Part shown: piece after piece, positions 12,895-24,733 of the stretch | Position numbering within the stretch: position 1 is the first letter of the stretch | Layout: every line of letters starts with the position of its first letter | The notes under the pieces: model-generated | The model's input: only the letters and a program-made list of their open reading frames with translations | What the model was told of the DNA's origin: nothing | Databases searched by the model: none | DNA from: Nemertoderma westbladi | Taxonomy: Eukaryota; Animalia; Xenacoelomorpha | DNA length: 64,000 bases | Assembly (NCBI GenBank): GCA_032718475.1 | Contig: JAUCBJ010004091.1 | Location: forward strand, 7,778 to 71,777 | Direction of reading: 5' to 3' | Made by a program: the position numbers and the translations under genes

Positions 12895-13627
12895 ATGAAA
12901 TCCAGTCACGAAGATATGCAAAAGTACCTGGACAACAAACGATTCGGTAAAGACCACATAACTAAACTATCTGGGAAAAGGTCTTCGGTCATGGATTTAT
13001 GAGTTCAGGTGGTCTAGAGACCACCAAACCAGCGGTGAAACTGCTGGGATTACAACAGGGATGGCGTGTCCTAGACATCGGCAGTGGAACTGGTGGGCCG
13101 GCTTTCTACATGGCCGACACATACGGGGTCGATGTTCTGGGGTTAGAGATCGCAAAGGATCCCTACGAATTGGCGACTGGGCAACACCTTTTCAGGTAGT
13201 GTTAAATTACAACTAGGAAATGTTCTGGAAGTTGACTTCCCTCCTATCGCACAATCCCTCGTATATTGCAGCCCTGACCAGAAACGGTCGGCATTGGATA
13301 AGATATTACAATGGCTAAAACCCGGCGGTGTTTTCTGTGTAACAGAGTACACTGCTGTTGAGGAAGCGAAGCAGTCAGAAGATCTTCTCGAGGAACGCAG
13401 GAAGCGGGGATACTGTAAAGTTTTCTCCTTTCAAGAACAACGCGAATGTCTGTTATGGAGGAGTCACCTGTTATAGCGAATTCTCCTCTACCTTTAATGC
13501 ATCTACTGAGCGGCTGCAACATGAGGTGGATCAAAAGAAAGGATCCCTATATGGAAGCAATCTGCAATGGTTAGAAGACAGTCTCTTCACAACAAAACGC
13601 CATAGTACTGTAATATCAAACACATAA
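12895..13627 (+). pseudogene. Phosphoethanolamine N-methyltransferase-like (PEAMT/PMT) pseudogene
   Basis: MKSSHEDMQKYLDNKRF / WEKVFGHGFMSSGGLETTK..GWRVLDIGSGTGGPAFYMADTYGVDVLGLEI / ILQWLKPGGVFCVTEY match the PEAMT SAM-binding domain; several frameshifts; no introns visible in the coding part. Confidence 0.8.
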
Positions 13628-13671
13628 AACACAACTGCACAGAATGTTCCTATTCCTTCTTTCGACTTATA

Positions 13672-14126
13672 GCTGTTCATGATAAGACTGGGGATGAGAT
13701 CATGAGCGATGTTGTCCTTGAATTATTATTAACAACGGGAGCGAAAATGCATGGGAGAGATTTTGCATGTCTCTGGAGAAAGACCGATGTCCAGCATTAA
13801 TTCAACAGCTAGAAGCTGGGTTTAAAATTAATCAGAAGAGTCACGATGATGTGCAAACAGTGCAAGATGACTTAATCCGCGTTAGTATTATGGCTAGGGA
13901 CTTTATGACAGACGGGATGTCTGAAGTATACACTTCGTGTCAGATAATGTGTTGTCCTGGTGAGTGTGCTACTGCCCCAGTCTGGGAGAGGAATCTAGCT
14001 ACAACTACTACCGGGGCGGTTGAAGAAACAACAACAACAACAACAACAGGATGCAGTTCAGTTATTGTAACTCTGGTATTTCCCATGGTTTTGGTGCTGC
14101 TGGTTACATTGAATGGAGTCTTTTAG
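13672..14126 (+). CDS. Possible terminal exon of a GPI-anchored or membrane-tethered protein, perhaps disabled
   Basis: Acceptor-like ttccttctttcgacttatag ending at 13671; ORF 13767..14126 has a Cys cluster, Thr-rich stalk and hydrophobic C-terminus; an in-frame TGA at 13719 implies a frame break or a different acceptor. Confidence 0.4.
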
Positions 14127-14689
14127 GTACAGATTCTACTTTGTGTGAACAAAACTAAATATATTACCATAGAGTATTGTAATACGATAAGGAAAGAGGG
14201 GAGCTTTAGAAAAAATGAACTTATCTGCTTGTGGTGTGGTAATCAACGAAAATACCGGATAACGGACGACCCAAAAATAGTAACCTGAAGCTCTTTCATT
14301 GTTTTGGGTGGAATTTGACCAATTAATTTAGTTGATAAATTAATGTAATGGGTTTACATGTAGTATAATTCCTCAATAATGTATTAACAAATTGATATAA
14401 TACGTACATGTGTTTAAATTCATAGGTACTTTATTATTGTATTAAAGTTGCGACTTTTAGTATTCTACCCGTGAATTTAGAATTAAAGCTTTTAAAATAT
14501 AAAGTATAAGTTTGGGAGGTAAAAATGGTTTACACGAACTCACGGAGTTGCGTGGCGACAACTTTACTCAGGTAAAGATAATAGATAAACTGGTAAGTGC
14601 GAGGGAAAGTCGCATTCAGTTTAAGCCAGTTGTAGGATCGACTCAACGAGAGCAACTCGACCAACTGATGGGTGAGTTTGTTTCCGGTT

Positions 14690-15087
14690 ATTAACTGTCT
14701 ATTTAGGTGCTTTGCTACTGACAATTGTGATGCTATTTTATTAGAATAGGCCAATATTCGAATACGGTAGTGCTGTTTGGAACCCATTTATCAAAACTCC
14801 ACCCTTTTTTGGACTTACCGATGGAATCTGTGCAACGGTATTTTACATGCAGATTATTTAAAAGGTGCAATCTTGATATACATTCCGAATACCAGACGCG
14901 TTTGGTGTACCTCAAATTAGAATCTCTCGAACTACGGCGTCTGCATATTGATTTAATTACTGTGTAAAAAATTTTTCACGGTCACATTTCTATGGATATT
15001 GATAGCCTCTTCCAGAGATCCAAAATGTCATCCCTCCGGGGCCTCCGATATAAACTACACCAACGCCACTGTAGAACTGTAGCCGTA
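14690..15087 (+). mobile_element. CR1-like LINE 3' fragment, left part
   Basis: RPIFEYGSAVWNP, ESVQRYFTCRL..YQTRLVYLKLESLELRRLHIDL, LRGLRYKL: typical CR1 ORF2 C-terminus; degenerate. Confidence 0.8.
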
Positions 15088-16986
15088 CTACTAGGATCGG
15101 CACGCTGCATTGCAGCTGCATTTTTAAGAATGCTGTGCCGGCTTGTCAACAAAATTGCACCGCCACAACTCCCTATCACCCATGACATTTGCTAGATCAT
15201 CCGCATCTTTAAGGCCAGTGTCCTTTAAGATGCGTCTCAAGAAAGTCATGGGCTGTCCACCATGCTTATTCACTCCATGAGGCTGCCAAAGTACAAGATT
15301 ATGCACTGGCTGGTCCTCACGGCGAAAGCAATGTCCTGCAAAGCGGAGGCGATTTTGTTCTAGTGTCAAGCTTGGGGGAACCAATGAGACACCTCCAATG
15401 TTATATAGTGTCTGGTTGGAGATGTGTGCATTGTACTTGACACAATGAACCCGGCGTAGCATTCTTGTGAATGTGCCATCCAGAGATTTGGTGTCCTCAG
15501 CAGTTAGAGCCCAGCATGGACTCCCATAGAGGAGTACTGGAACTACTGCTGCTCTAAATAATCGGACCTTAAGTTTCCGATTAATTCTCGGTGACTTCCA
15601 AATCCTGGAAAGCCTATTCAAGGCTGCCCATGCCTTTCCCTTACGTATTCGAAGGTCCTCACCTGACTTCCGGATCCATGATCCCAGGTAACAGAAGTCG
15701 TCCACATGCTCAAGCATACCATCCTTTGAGCTTATGCTCATCCGATCAGAGACTTGCTGAGGACTTTCAAAGTTAACTGTCAGAATTTTGGTCTTTCTGG
15801 AGTTAATAAAAAGACCAACACTAGAAGCAGCATGTTCTAATGAGCTGAGGAGCCGTTGGGCTCCCTCTAATGATTCTGAGAGTACTCCTAAGTCATCAGC
15901 AAAGTCTAGATCAGTTAGGTACTTGGCAGGATTTCCTCGACTTCTGGAGCCAGTAGGTGGAGTTATCATCACCCCATCATCATTATGATGATCTAAGGAC
16001 ATGCGTAGAACATAGTCAACCACAATAATGAACAAGAATGGTGCAAGTGTGTCTCCTTGGAGGACGCCCCATAACACTTCAAATGGTTCTGTGTCACCGT
16101 CAACAGTAGACACAAATGTTGTCGAACCATCGTATACTGATCTGATTGCTGCAATAATTTCATCAGGAATCCCATATAATGAAAGTATGCTGAACATACG
16201 TGAGCGAGAGACTGAATCAAAGGCCTTGAAGAAGTCAACAAAGATAACAGCCAGATGCCTGTCTTTCTTTTTTGATAATTCTTCAATTATCCTTCTAAGT
16301 GCCAAAATGGGCTCCATGGTCCCACGACCTTTACGGAACCCATTCTGATTTCCACGGAGCAGTCTCTCAATGGGATCCCTGATGCGATTTAATAGAATCC
16401 TATTGTATAGCTTTGCAGCAATCGAGATCAATGAGATTCCCCGAAAAGAACCATAGAGTGTTAGGTTGCCCTTCTTGGGAACTGGCACCAACTTATTTGT
16501 TTTCATTTCTTGTGGGACTCTTGTTGTACGGTACATGTCTACTATGATGGGATAGATGAGCTTTAAACACTCAGGTATTTTAAAGACCTCAGGGGGAACA
16601 CCATCTACTCCACTGGCACGATTGGTCTTAATGCTCTTTGCAGCAGCCTTCACTTCTGCAAAGGAGATATCGCCAATGGGAATATCTGGGAGTACAGACT
16701 CAGACACCTTTACTTCTATAAAGTTATCAGGCAATACCCTGTCATTATTGAGGAGCTTTTCAAAGTGGGCTTTCCAACCATTGAGGCGATCGGCTGGTGA
16801 TTCAGCCTTAACCTTGGTGGTTGGTTGGCTTTTCCGCCCAGAAAGCAGATTGATCGATTTCCATGCCTGGGATGATTGCCTGCTGTCGTCAGCATCATTG
16901 ATGGCATCAACCTGTTGGTTTATTAGCTCCTGTAGATTAACAGAGTACTGCCTGTTCAGGGACCTAGATGCAGCCTTAACTGCCTT
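15088..16986 (-). mobile_element. 5'-truncated RTE-clade LINE with 13-bp target site duplication
   Basis: ORF 15124..16734 with QNGFR, FVDFFKAFDS, GVLQGDTLAPFLF, LDFADD and RTE-type C-terminus (RLRFAGHCFR); TSD AACTGTAGCCGTA at 15075-15087 and 16987-16999. Confidence 0.93.
15124..16734 (-). CDS. RTE reverse transcriptase (open frame, endonuclease domain missing)
   Basis: 536-aa ORF with a complete RT motif set. Confidence 0.9.
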   Translation of the reverse strand: MPDNFIEVKVSESVLPDIPIGDISFAEVKAAAKSIKTNRASGVDGVPPEVFKIPECLKLIYPIIVDMYRTTRVPQEMKTNKLVPVPKKGNLTLYGSFRGISLISIAAKLYNRILLNRIRDPIERLLRGNQNGFRKGRGTMEPILALRRIIEELSKKKDRHLAVIFVDFFKAFDSVSRSRMFSILSLYGIPDEIIAAIRSVYDGSTTFVSTVDGDTEPFEVLWGVLQGDTLAPFLFIIVVDYVLRMSLDHHNDDGVMITPPTGSRSRGNPAKYLTDLDFADDLGVLSESLEGAQRLLSSLEHAASSVGLFINSRKTKILTVNFESPQQVSDRMSISSKDGMLEHVDDFCYLGSWIRKSGEDLRIRKGKAWAALNRLSRIWKSPRINRKLKVRLFRAAVVPVLLYGSPCWALTAEDTKSLDGTFTRMLRRVHCVKYNAHISNQTLYNIGGVSLVPPSLTLEQNRLRFAGHCFRREDQPVHNLVLWQPHGVNKHGGQPMTFLRRILKDTGLKDADDLANVMGDRELWRCNFVDKPAQHS

Positions 16987-17135
16987 AACTGTAGCCGTAA
17001 GTAATTCGTTGTTCGTTCAGTAACCGCATTCATTTTTCCTGTTTGGAACACATTACCTAATGTTGTTGTATGCGCCCCCAATACTGATATTTTTAAGTCA
17101 CACCTTTATAATATTGATTTTACATCTTACATAGA
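16987..17135 (+). mobile_element. CR1-like LINE 3' fragment, right part
   Basis: Resumes after the TSD: WNTLPNVVVCAPNTDIFKSHL, the usual CR1 ORF2 end. Confidence 0.75.
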
Positions 17136-17203
17136 ATTTAATAGAAATATGTAGTACATTTTCGGTCACATCGTGTTTTGTTTATATTTACTTTTTTTTA
17201 TGT

Positions 17204-17473
17204 GCCATAGCGAGCCATAGCGAGCCATAGTGAGCCATAGCGAGCCATAGCGAGCCATAGCGAGCCATAGCGAGCCATAGCGAGCCATAGTGAGCCATAG
17301 TGAGCCACAGTGAGCCATAGTGAGCCATAGTGAGCCATAGTGAGCCATAGTGAGCCATAGTGAGCCATAACGAGCCATAGCGAGCCATAGCGAGCCATAG
17401 TGAGCCATAGTGAGCCATAGTGAGCCATAGCGAGCCATAGCGAGCCATAGTGAGCCATAGCGAGCCATAGTGA
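17204..17473 (+). repeat. 10-bp tandem repeat (GAGCCATAGY)n, about 27 copies
   Basis: Directly visible. Confidence 0.97.
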
Positions 17474-17894
17474 GACGTTTGGTTTTTTATATTCTTACTA
17501 TTTATTATGTGCCTGTATGTATTTTTATTGTTTATTTACGCTGCTATGACTTGTATCTCCATACCCAAATAATATAATAATAATAACACAAACAAATAAA
17601 CAAATCAAATTATAAACAATTTATAAACATCCCAACTTAGCATTGCAGCCAGCCAGTCTCTTAATACAAAGCAACACAGTATATTTGCACCATTTCAGTT
17701 GATCCATAAAACGGCGATTAAACACTACACATGAAAGCGAGAGTGAATGTACTGTAATTTAATGTAATGTACAGTAGTACTGTGCAGTATATAGCAATAA
17801 ATAAATTACACGAACCGCCTTGAATACCTTGAATACCATCTACCGTACTATATTAATAGCGTACCTGAAGAACAGCGTAACAGGGCTATAAGTC

Positions 17895-18578
17895 GGGTGT
17901 AAACGTTACGCCGACAGCCGACAACCGTTAACCCACAGCCGACAACCGACAACCGTATAAGCTTTTACTGATTGTACTGTATAAGAAGGGTAGCAATGTA
18001 AAAAAAATGTCACACAGTACAGGGTACACCATGTCCCGGAATATAGTGTCGTAATTCAGTGACCCCCCCCCCCCCCCCCCCCCCCCTCAAGCACCCCCTA
18101 AATTTTCTACAAATCTTAATTAGATTTCATGAAATTTGAAACAGGGATAGTTTCAATTCCCGACCTCTTACTGGGTGAGCCAGAATTATTATCTTTTCTT
18201 TTTTTTTTCTTTCAATCTTTAGTTAATCTTCACAGTTATTCTTCTACCTTATAGCTGTTAATTGGTACTGGTAGAAAGCTGGCCATGCAATTCCAAATAT
18301 GTAGCACAGCCTGAATTTCGTTGAAAAATAGCTGAGGCGGGCGTTCAAATATTGCATGATTTTGCATCAGCGCTAGGCTAAATTATTCTATTTAATAAAT
18401 ACGCCATATTCTTAAAACAAATACAAATTCTTCATATCTATAATAAAATATATCGACCGAAAAGTGAAAACCGTCGGTTGTCTGCTGTCTGTTGTCGGCT
18501 GTTGGTTATCGGCTGTTGACTGCCGGGTGTCGGTTATTGGTTGTCGGCTGTCGCTTGTCGGCGTAACGTTTACACCCC
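17895..18578. mobile_element. Non-autonomous DNA transposon (MITE-like) with terminal inverted repeats
   Basis: GGGTGTAAACGTTACGCCGACA (17895-17916) is the exact reverse complement of 18556-18577; subterminal CCGACA(A/G) repeats on both arms. Confidence 0.75.
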
Positions 18579-18579
18579 T

Positions 18580-19330
18580 ACGTCGATAAGTCTACGTAAG
18601 GTTACATGCCCCCTCAACATATTTAAATATGACTCCGTTGCATACAAGTTCTTAAAATAAAGCGAACCTTTCGGAGACGAGTATTTTGCAGACCACCAGA
18701 TTTGAATATACTGCGAACATAGTCGTTCATTTACCTCTTTAAAAAATTGGCCGTTACAGTGCACAGCTTGAAGGTTCCAAGCCCAACATAGGCTGATCGA
18801 ATTAAGAGTGTCTCGCACTTGAGATGCCAAGTTTTTTAGAATTTTTGATAAGTATATCCGACAGCTGCATGTGGCAAGCTTGTTTTACTAGTCGCATATC
18901 AGGAAGTTTTAAGATTTTTAACCAATATTTTATATTTTGTAACTTGCGGTCCAATTGTAACGGCAAAACACCAAGGTCTCACCATATACACTAAAATTTG
19001 GAGTCGACGGTTTGACACCTAGAAAGGTTTTCAAAAATTTTAATGAACTTGTTCAACATCGGGACCGGAATTAAAACCCCATACAGCACAACCATATGTT
19101 AAAATTGGCTTAACTAGGCAACATAATAAGTAATTTGCTAAAGAAAAATCTACGTTAGGATAAAACGTCAAGTCCCGCATCAGTGAGAAATACGCTTTCT
19201 CACCCTTTATTTGCAAGGCTTTTCTGCGCTTTTTTATTAAATTTACCCGTGAAACTGAAATCTATACCCAAATATGTGTAATAATTTACGACGGTCATGT
19301 TATTTCCCATATATGTCCACTTCTTACTGT
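18580..19330 (-). mobile_element. Degenerate APE-type LINE fragment (RTEX/L2-like), post-RT part
   Basis: Minus strand reads VVNYYTYLGIDF, LVKPILTYGCAVWG, LGVKPSTPNFSVYGE across frameshifts. Confidence 0.7.
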
Positions 19331-19342
19331 TCCACGAAGTGA

Positions 19343-20340
<998 letters not shown>

Positions 20341-21487
20341 TGTTCGCGCTTTCAGACCTTTAGCAGTTTAACCTGCCAAATTAGGATGTCTTCTAGATAA
20401 TAGATAGTCTTTAGCCTACGACAAATATTTGATACACTACATTAGCCGAAACCAGTCTATGCGCGATCATTCACCCGCTGGATATACCCGGGAGACTGGA
20501 TTCGGAAGCCTAATCGTATTGCGGGATAGGCCTACTGTATTATTCGACTGATCGTAATATATATAATCTCTGACAAATATTATTCACTTTCGGGAAATAT
20601 TAACAGTTCCTTTAGGACGTGGCGCTCTAAATATATAAACAGAGTTATGACTTAAACCAGACACAACGGGATGGCTATAGATTCACGTATATGGCGCATT
20701 CTTTAGGAGATGCTTCGTTATCAATCACAATCATACACAATACTGCACAATGCTGCACACTAATCTGCCGACCTTCACTAATTTTAGTCACATATAAGGA
20801 GAACAACAGACAATACGTGTAGGGCCTATAAAATAGCATTAGATTCACTTCAAACCACTTAATGTAAGTCGCAATCGTTATATGTATCCGGTCTCTCTAA
20901 CCTTTAGTATATCAAGAAGATTGGGGTGTCTGATTGTTTATCAGTATTCCAAATATAATATTCCATCAACAAATATAATGAATAACCGACAGCAAAGCAG
21001 TAATGTTAAGGTTGAATGATTATAGTGATGAGTGAGTATGATAGATAACGGATATACGTTCTATAATTAAGCCTACTAATGTTGAACTAAAGACTGAAAC
21101 ACGGAGGTTCCACGCCGGTGTTGTAGGCTGTGGAAAAATCACATACTGACTCACTTCCCTAGTTTCTATATACCATCTCCAACACAGAGGCAAAAAACGC
21201 TCTGATTGGTCGACCGAACAAAGAGAGAACAAAGAACAAAGAGATGTTCTACGTGGCAATATCAGCTGTTAGCCGTCGTCATGGTAGTCTACACTGTTTC
21301 AAGAGGATCCGGCGTATTGCGTCATAGAATTGCTAATCATGTCCGCTAAAGTACACATACAGAAGAAATGGCTTTTATGTCCTCTAAAACACCAGTACAG
21401 TAAGGACACGGCCTTTTATGCCTGTTAAACCAACTACAGAGTACTTTACGGGGAAAATAACCGGCTAATTACGCAAAAGCCTTTACA
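20341..21487 (-). repeat. 3' LTR of BEL element 1 (1147 bp)
   Basis: Direct repeat of 31264-31944 + 41155-41611; preceded on the sense strand by a short purine-rich tract GGGAGCGG. Confidence 0.93.
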
Positions 21488-21958
21488 CCGCTCCCAGAAA
21501 ATGGGATTTAAGTCTATAAAATATAACAAATCACAGTTTCTAAAATATAAAAATACTCTAAACAGTTAGTCTTTCTTACGCAGACGGCGTTTACGCAGTT
21601 TTTTGAGGCTAGCAAGAGTCCTTTTCTCTTTGGGGGGAGCCACTTTACTAGGAGGGCCATAACTCCTGGGTGAAGGGTGCAATATGATTGCATCAGAAGG
21701 TGTAGGATTATGGTCGAGGTATCTGCCGTTTCGATATGCTTCTCCTCGAGCTGATTTTCCTCCGCTCGTAGCTGGATACGTTCATCCAAAAACTCTCGCA
21801 GAGAATAGGATCGTCCAAGTTCGATAACTTCTTAGAGATTCTGGATTTCCCGATCGAACTGAGATATAGTTACTTTGTTTACCGCTTGGACTTGCTAGTG
21901 CAATTTACGTTTATCTGAACAAGCGTAAGTTCCTTTTCTGATCTTTGTAGAATAGCGT

Positions 21959-23088
21959 CTAACTCATTTGGTACAACGCTCTCCGCCACTTTGGTGACAG
22001 GTTATATCGTGTTAAGCCGGGACGATGGTAAGGGTTAAACGGCGATATTAAATGTCCGCGTCCCAATCCGGCTAGGTAGGATGGGCTAATATCTAGGAAG
22101 CCCACAACCGGGGTGCCACCGACTAATTGTTCAGGTAACACTAGATCTTTGAGTAGTGAGTACAGCTCGGGAGGATCCGTCATACTAATAGGATCAAGAG
22201 TCTGAGGTCTCACTAGGGAATGAGGAGATCTGATCGAGTATTCCGAAACTCTGATCATTGGTTTATTTAAGGATCGTCTGAGTCGAACGAGCGTAGGTGA
22301 TACATCGAACAAGTTTCGCTCGAAACTCCCGTAAATATAGCGAGTAAAACCGTGTTTAAAGCAACGTCTCCGCGGATGTTTATGTCTTTCCGTTTGTTGG
22401 TTGGGTCTTGGGCATTCATCGCAATAATACCAAAAACGCACGTCTTGTAGGGGAAACGCGAGTGATCTTTCTCCAGCTTACAATATTCCTCCATCCGTTC
22501 GAAGCTATCCGGTACAACAGGTAGCGGTCGATCGGCGGTAAGATACATCATAGTGGAATAGAGCCGTTTGAGTTCTACCATGCGGTCATGATGTATACCT
22601 TGAGGATATCGAGTTTCTAGATTTTGTTGACTGGCAATATTGAGATATGTTTCTCTCAGGAATTCCAGATAATCGTTGAAGTCGCTGCGTTTATCCGGCT
22701 CCTCAACGTCTTCTCTTTCGAGTCTGTTTCGAATAGAATTCTCGTGTTCCATTCTCGGTTTATCGTTCCGCCTCCGCTGGGTAGGATATTTAAATCGTAC
22801 CATTTCCCTTTCGGTGTCGACATCGTCCGTATCGTGTAAATCGATAGGATGACCAGTAGTTAAGAAGTCCATAAGCGTACCATTACGATGCGTATAGCGA
22901 GCAGTGAATTTTCGATAGTCCAATTCACGCGTAAGTTGCTCCTGGGACATCGGCGGTTCGATATAACGACCATTGTCCTCTGTAGTAGTTGGACCAGCGT
23001 CGCTGCGTATCAAGCTATCAACAAACGCTTGCAAAGGTAGAGTATATCGCTCCCTGATACCAAGATCATCTTCTATCAACTTAGTCAT
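21959..23088 (-). CDS. Extra ORF of unknown function between integrase and 3' LTR, probably frameshifted
   Basis: Overlapping ORFs 22267..23088 (273 aa) and 21959..22441, same strand as gag-pol, more GC-rich than flanks, acceptor-like tcatatag/cag just upstream of the ATG; no recognisable motif. Confidence 0.6.
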
Positions 23089-24733
23089 ATCTGCTATATG
23101 AGTTTATCAATATTATAATGAGTTTATATTTAGGCTGAGCGGGCGTCGCTGCCTACCCCTCTCTGCCCCCGGACAGTGCAAGATCCTCAGCGCCGATGTA
23201 CCGTCGTCGCTGTGCTTTCGCCAACGATGTAGCTACACAACGACAACGATAACTGGCACAAGTCACTCCACTGTCCGTCCCAAAGGCTTAGATGTACTTC
23301 AGGTTCTTACTGGAGAGTTAGGGTTACTTTCACAATTGCGACTCGCTACTGTAAACACACCTTAGTAGTAACATTCACCTACAAACGCACAAATTCCACG
23401 TAACTGTCACAAATGGTACACATTCTATCACACATTCGGGTCATTTGTCCGTTAGTCAGTGCCTTCCAGAATGTCACGTTGTTATTATGTATCCTTGGAT
23501 ACTAGCGGTGTGCTATTTATTCCGTATGCTATTCAATGCGCAAGCCTTTTATTGTTCTTTTAACTCACTTCTAATTCTAGCGTGGTTGTTGCCATGGTGA
23601 CATTATGGAAAGCTAGCGGTAGAATTAGGGTAATTCTCATGCATACAGATCTGGGATGCTATTTAATAGTAATTCTTTAATTGTCAATATCCTCTCTATA
23701 TATGATTTTATGAATTTTATCGGCTATTGACTATATATTGGAGATTCTCGCACACAAATACACTTAATAGAGTGAATCTCCGCTCCCATGATCTATTAAT
23801 TAATGGAATTTTGGGAATGTTATAAATTGTATAAAATGACAATTTATTAAATTCATTGAAATATATGAATTTAAATTTATTCCCGTAAATTTTATTATTT
23901 AATATTAAAATAGACACAATTTTATTCCAGAACGTGTCTGGGGACTGGGATCCTTGATTCTAGGAATTTTGTCTTTTTAAGAGTATCGGTAAGTGCTACG
24001 ATATCTTAATCGACTAGAATTTTAAAGGATCTGATATTTGACAGATTTTGTAAATATTAATAATTAATATTTAGGATGGGCACCAGTTTATTCCAGAACT
24101 TGTCTGGGGACGTTAACCACTGATTCTAGAATTTTGTCTTTCAAGTATATCGGTGGGTGCCGCGATATCTTAATCGACTAGAATTGCAGATGGTCAAAGG
24201 GTTTAACAGATTTATTTTGCGTTATACGCTACTGTTAAAGGGACATCACGCTACTATATGTATTATTTAATATACGGTATGAGAGCAATATCGCACGAAG
24301 CAATGTCAGTGTGAAGAGGCAAGTCGTTTCCAAGGTCTACCCAGAGCTTGGTTTAGCCGAGACACGAGGATCTGAACTTTGCATTCCTAATACTCTGCCT
24401 ACCAATAATACTTAAATATAGTAGGAGCTCTATTGTACTTTAATAAGTACGGATATTTCATCTTACTGTAGTTACGTATTTGTAATGTAATACGGACAGT
24501 AAGGAAAGAGAAAAAGAATTATTTCTCGCCGTCGCACTAAATATATAATATATAAGTAATTAAGTAATAAACGCGAATATATATTGCACTAATCTACTAA
24601 ATAATCGCTAAAATAACATTCTACTAAGTAAAATTAAAGAAAACGATTATAATAAAATTACATAATAATATATACATAAATATAAAAGAATAAAACAAAT
24701 ACAAATATAGTCATACACCCACTCCAGCCATTG

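Noticed and set aside
17166-17468. MARYGSLWLT repeat ORFs
   Set aside because: Translations of the 10-bp tandem repeat.
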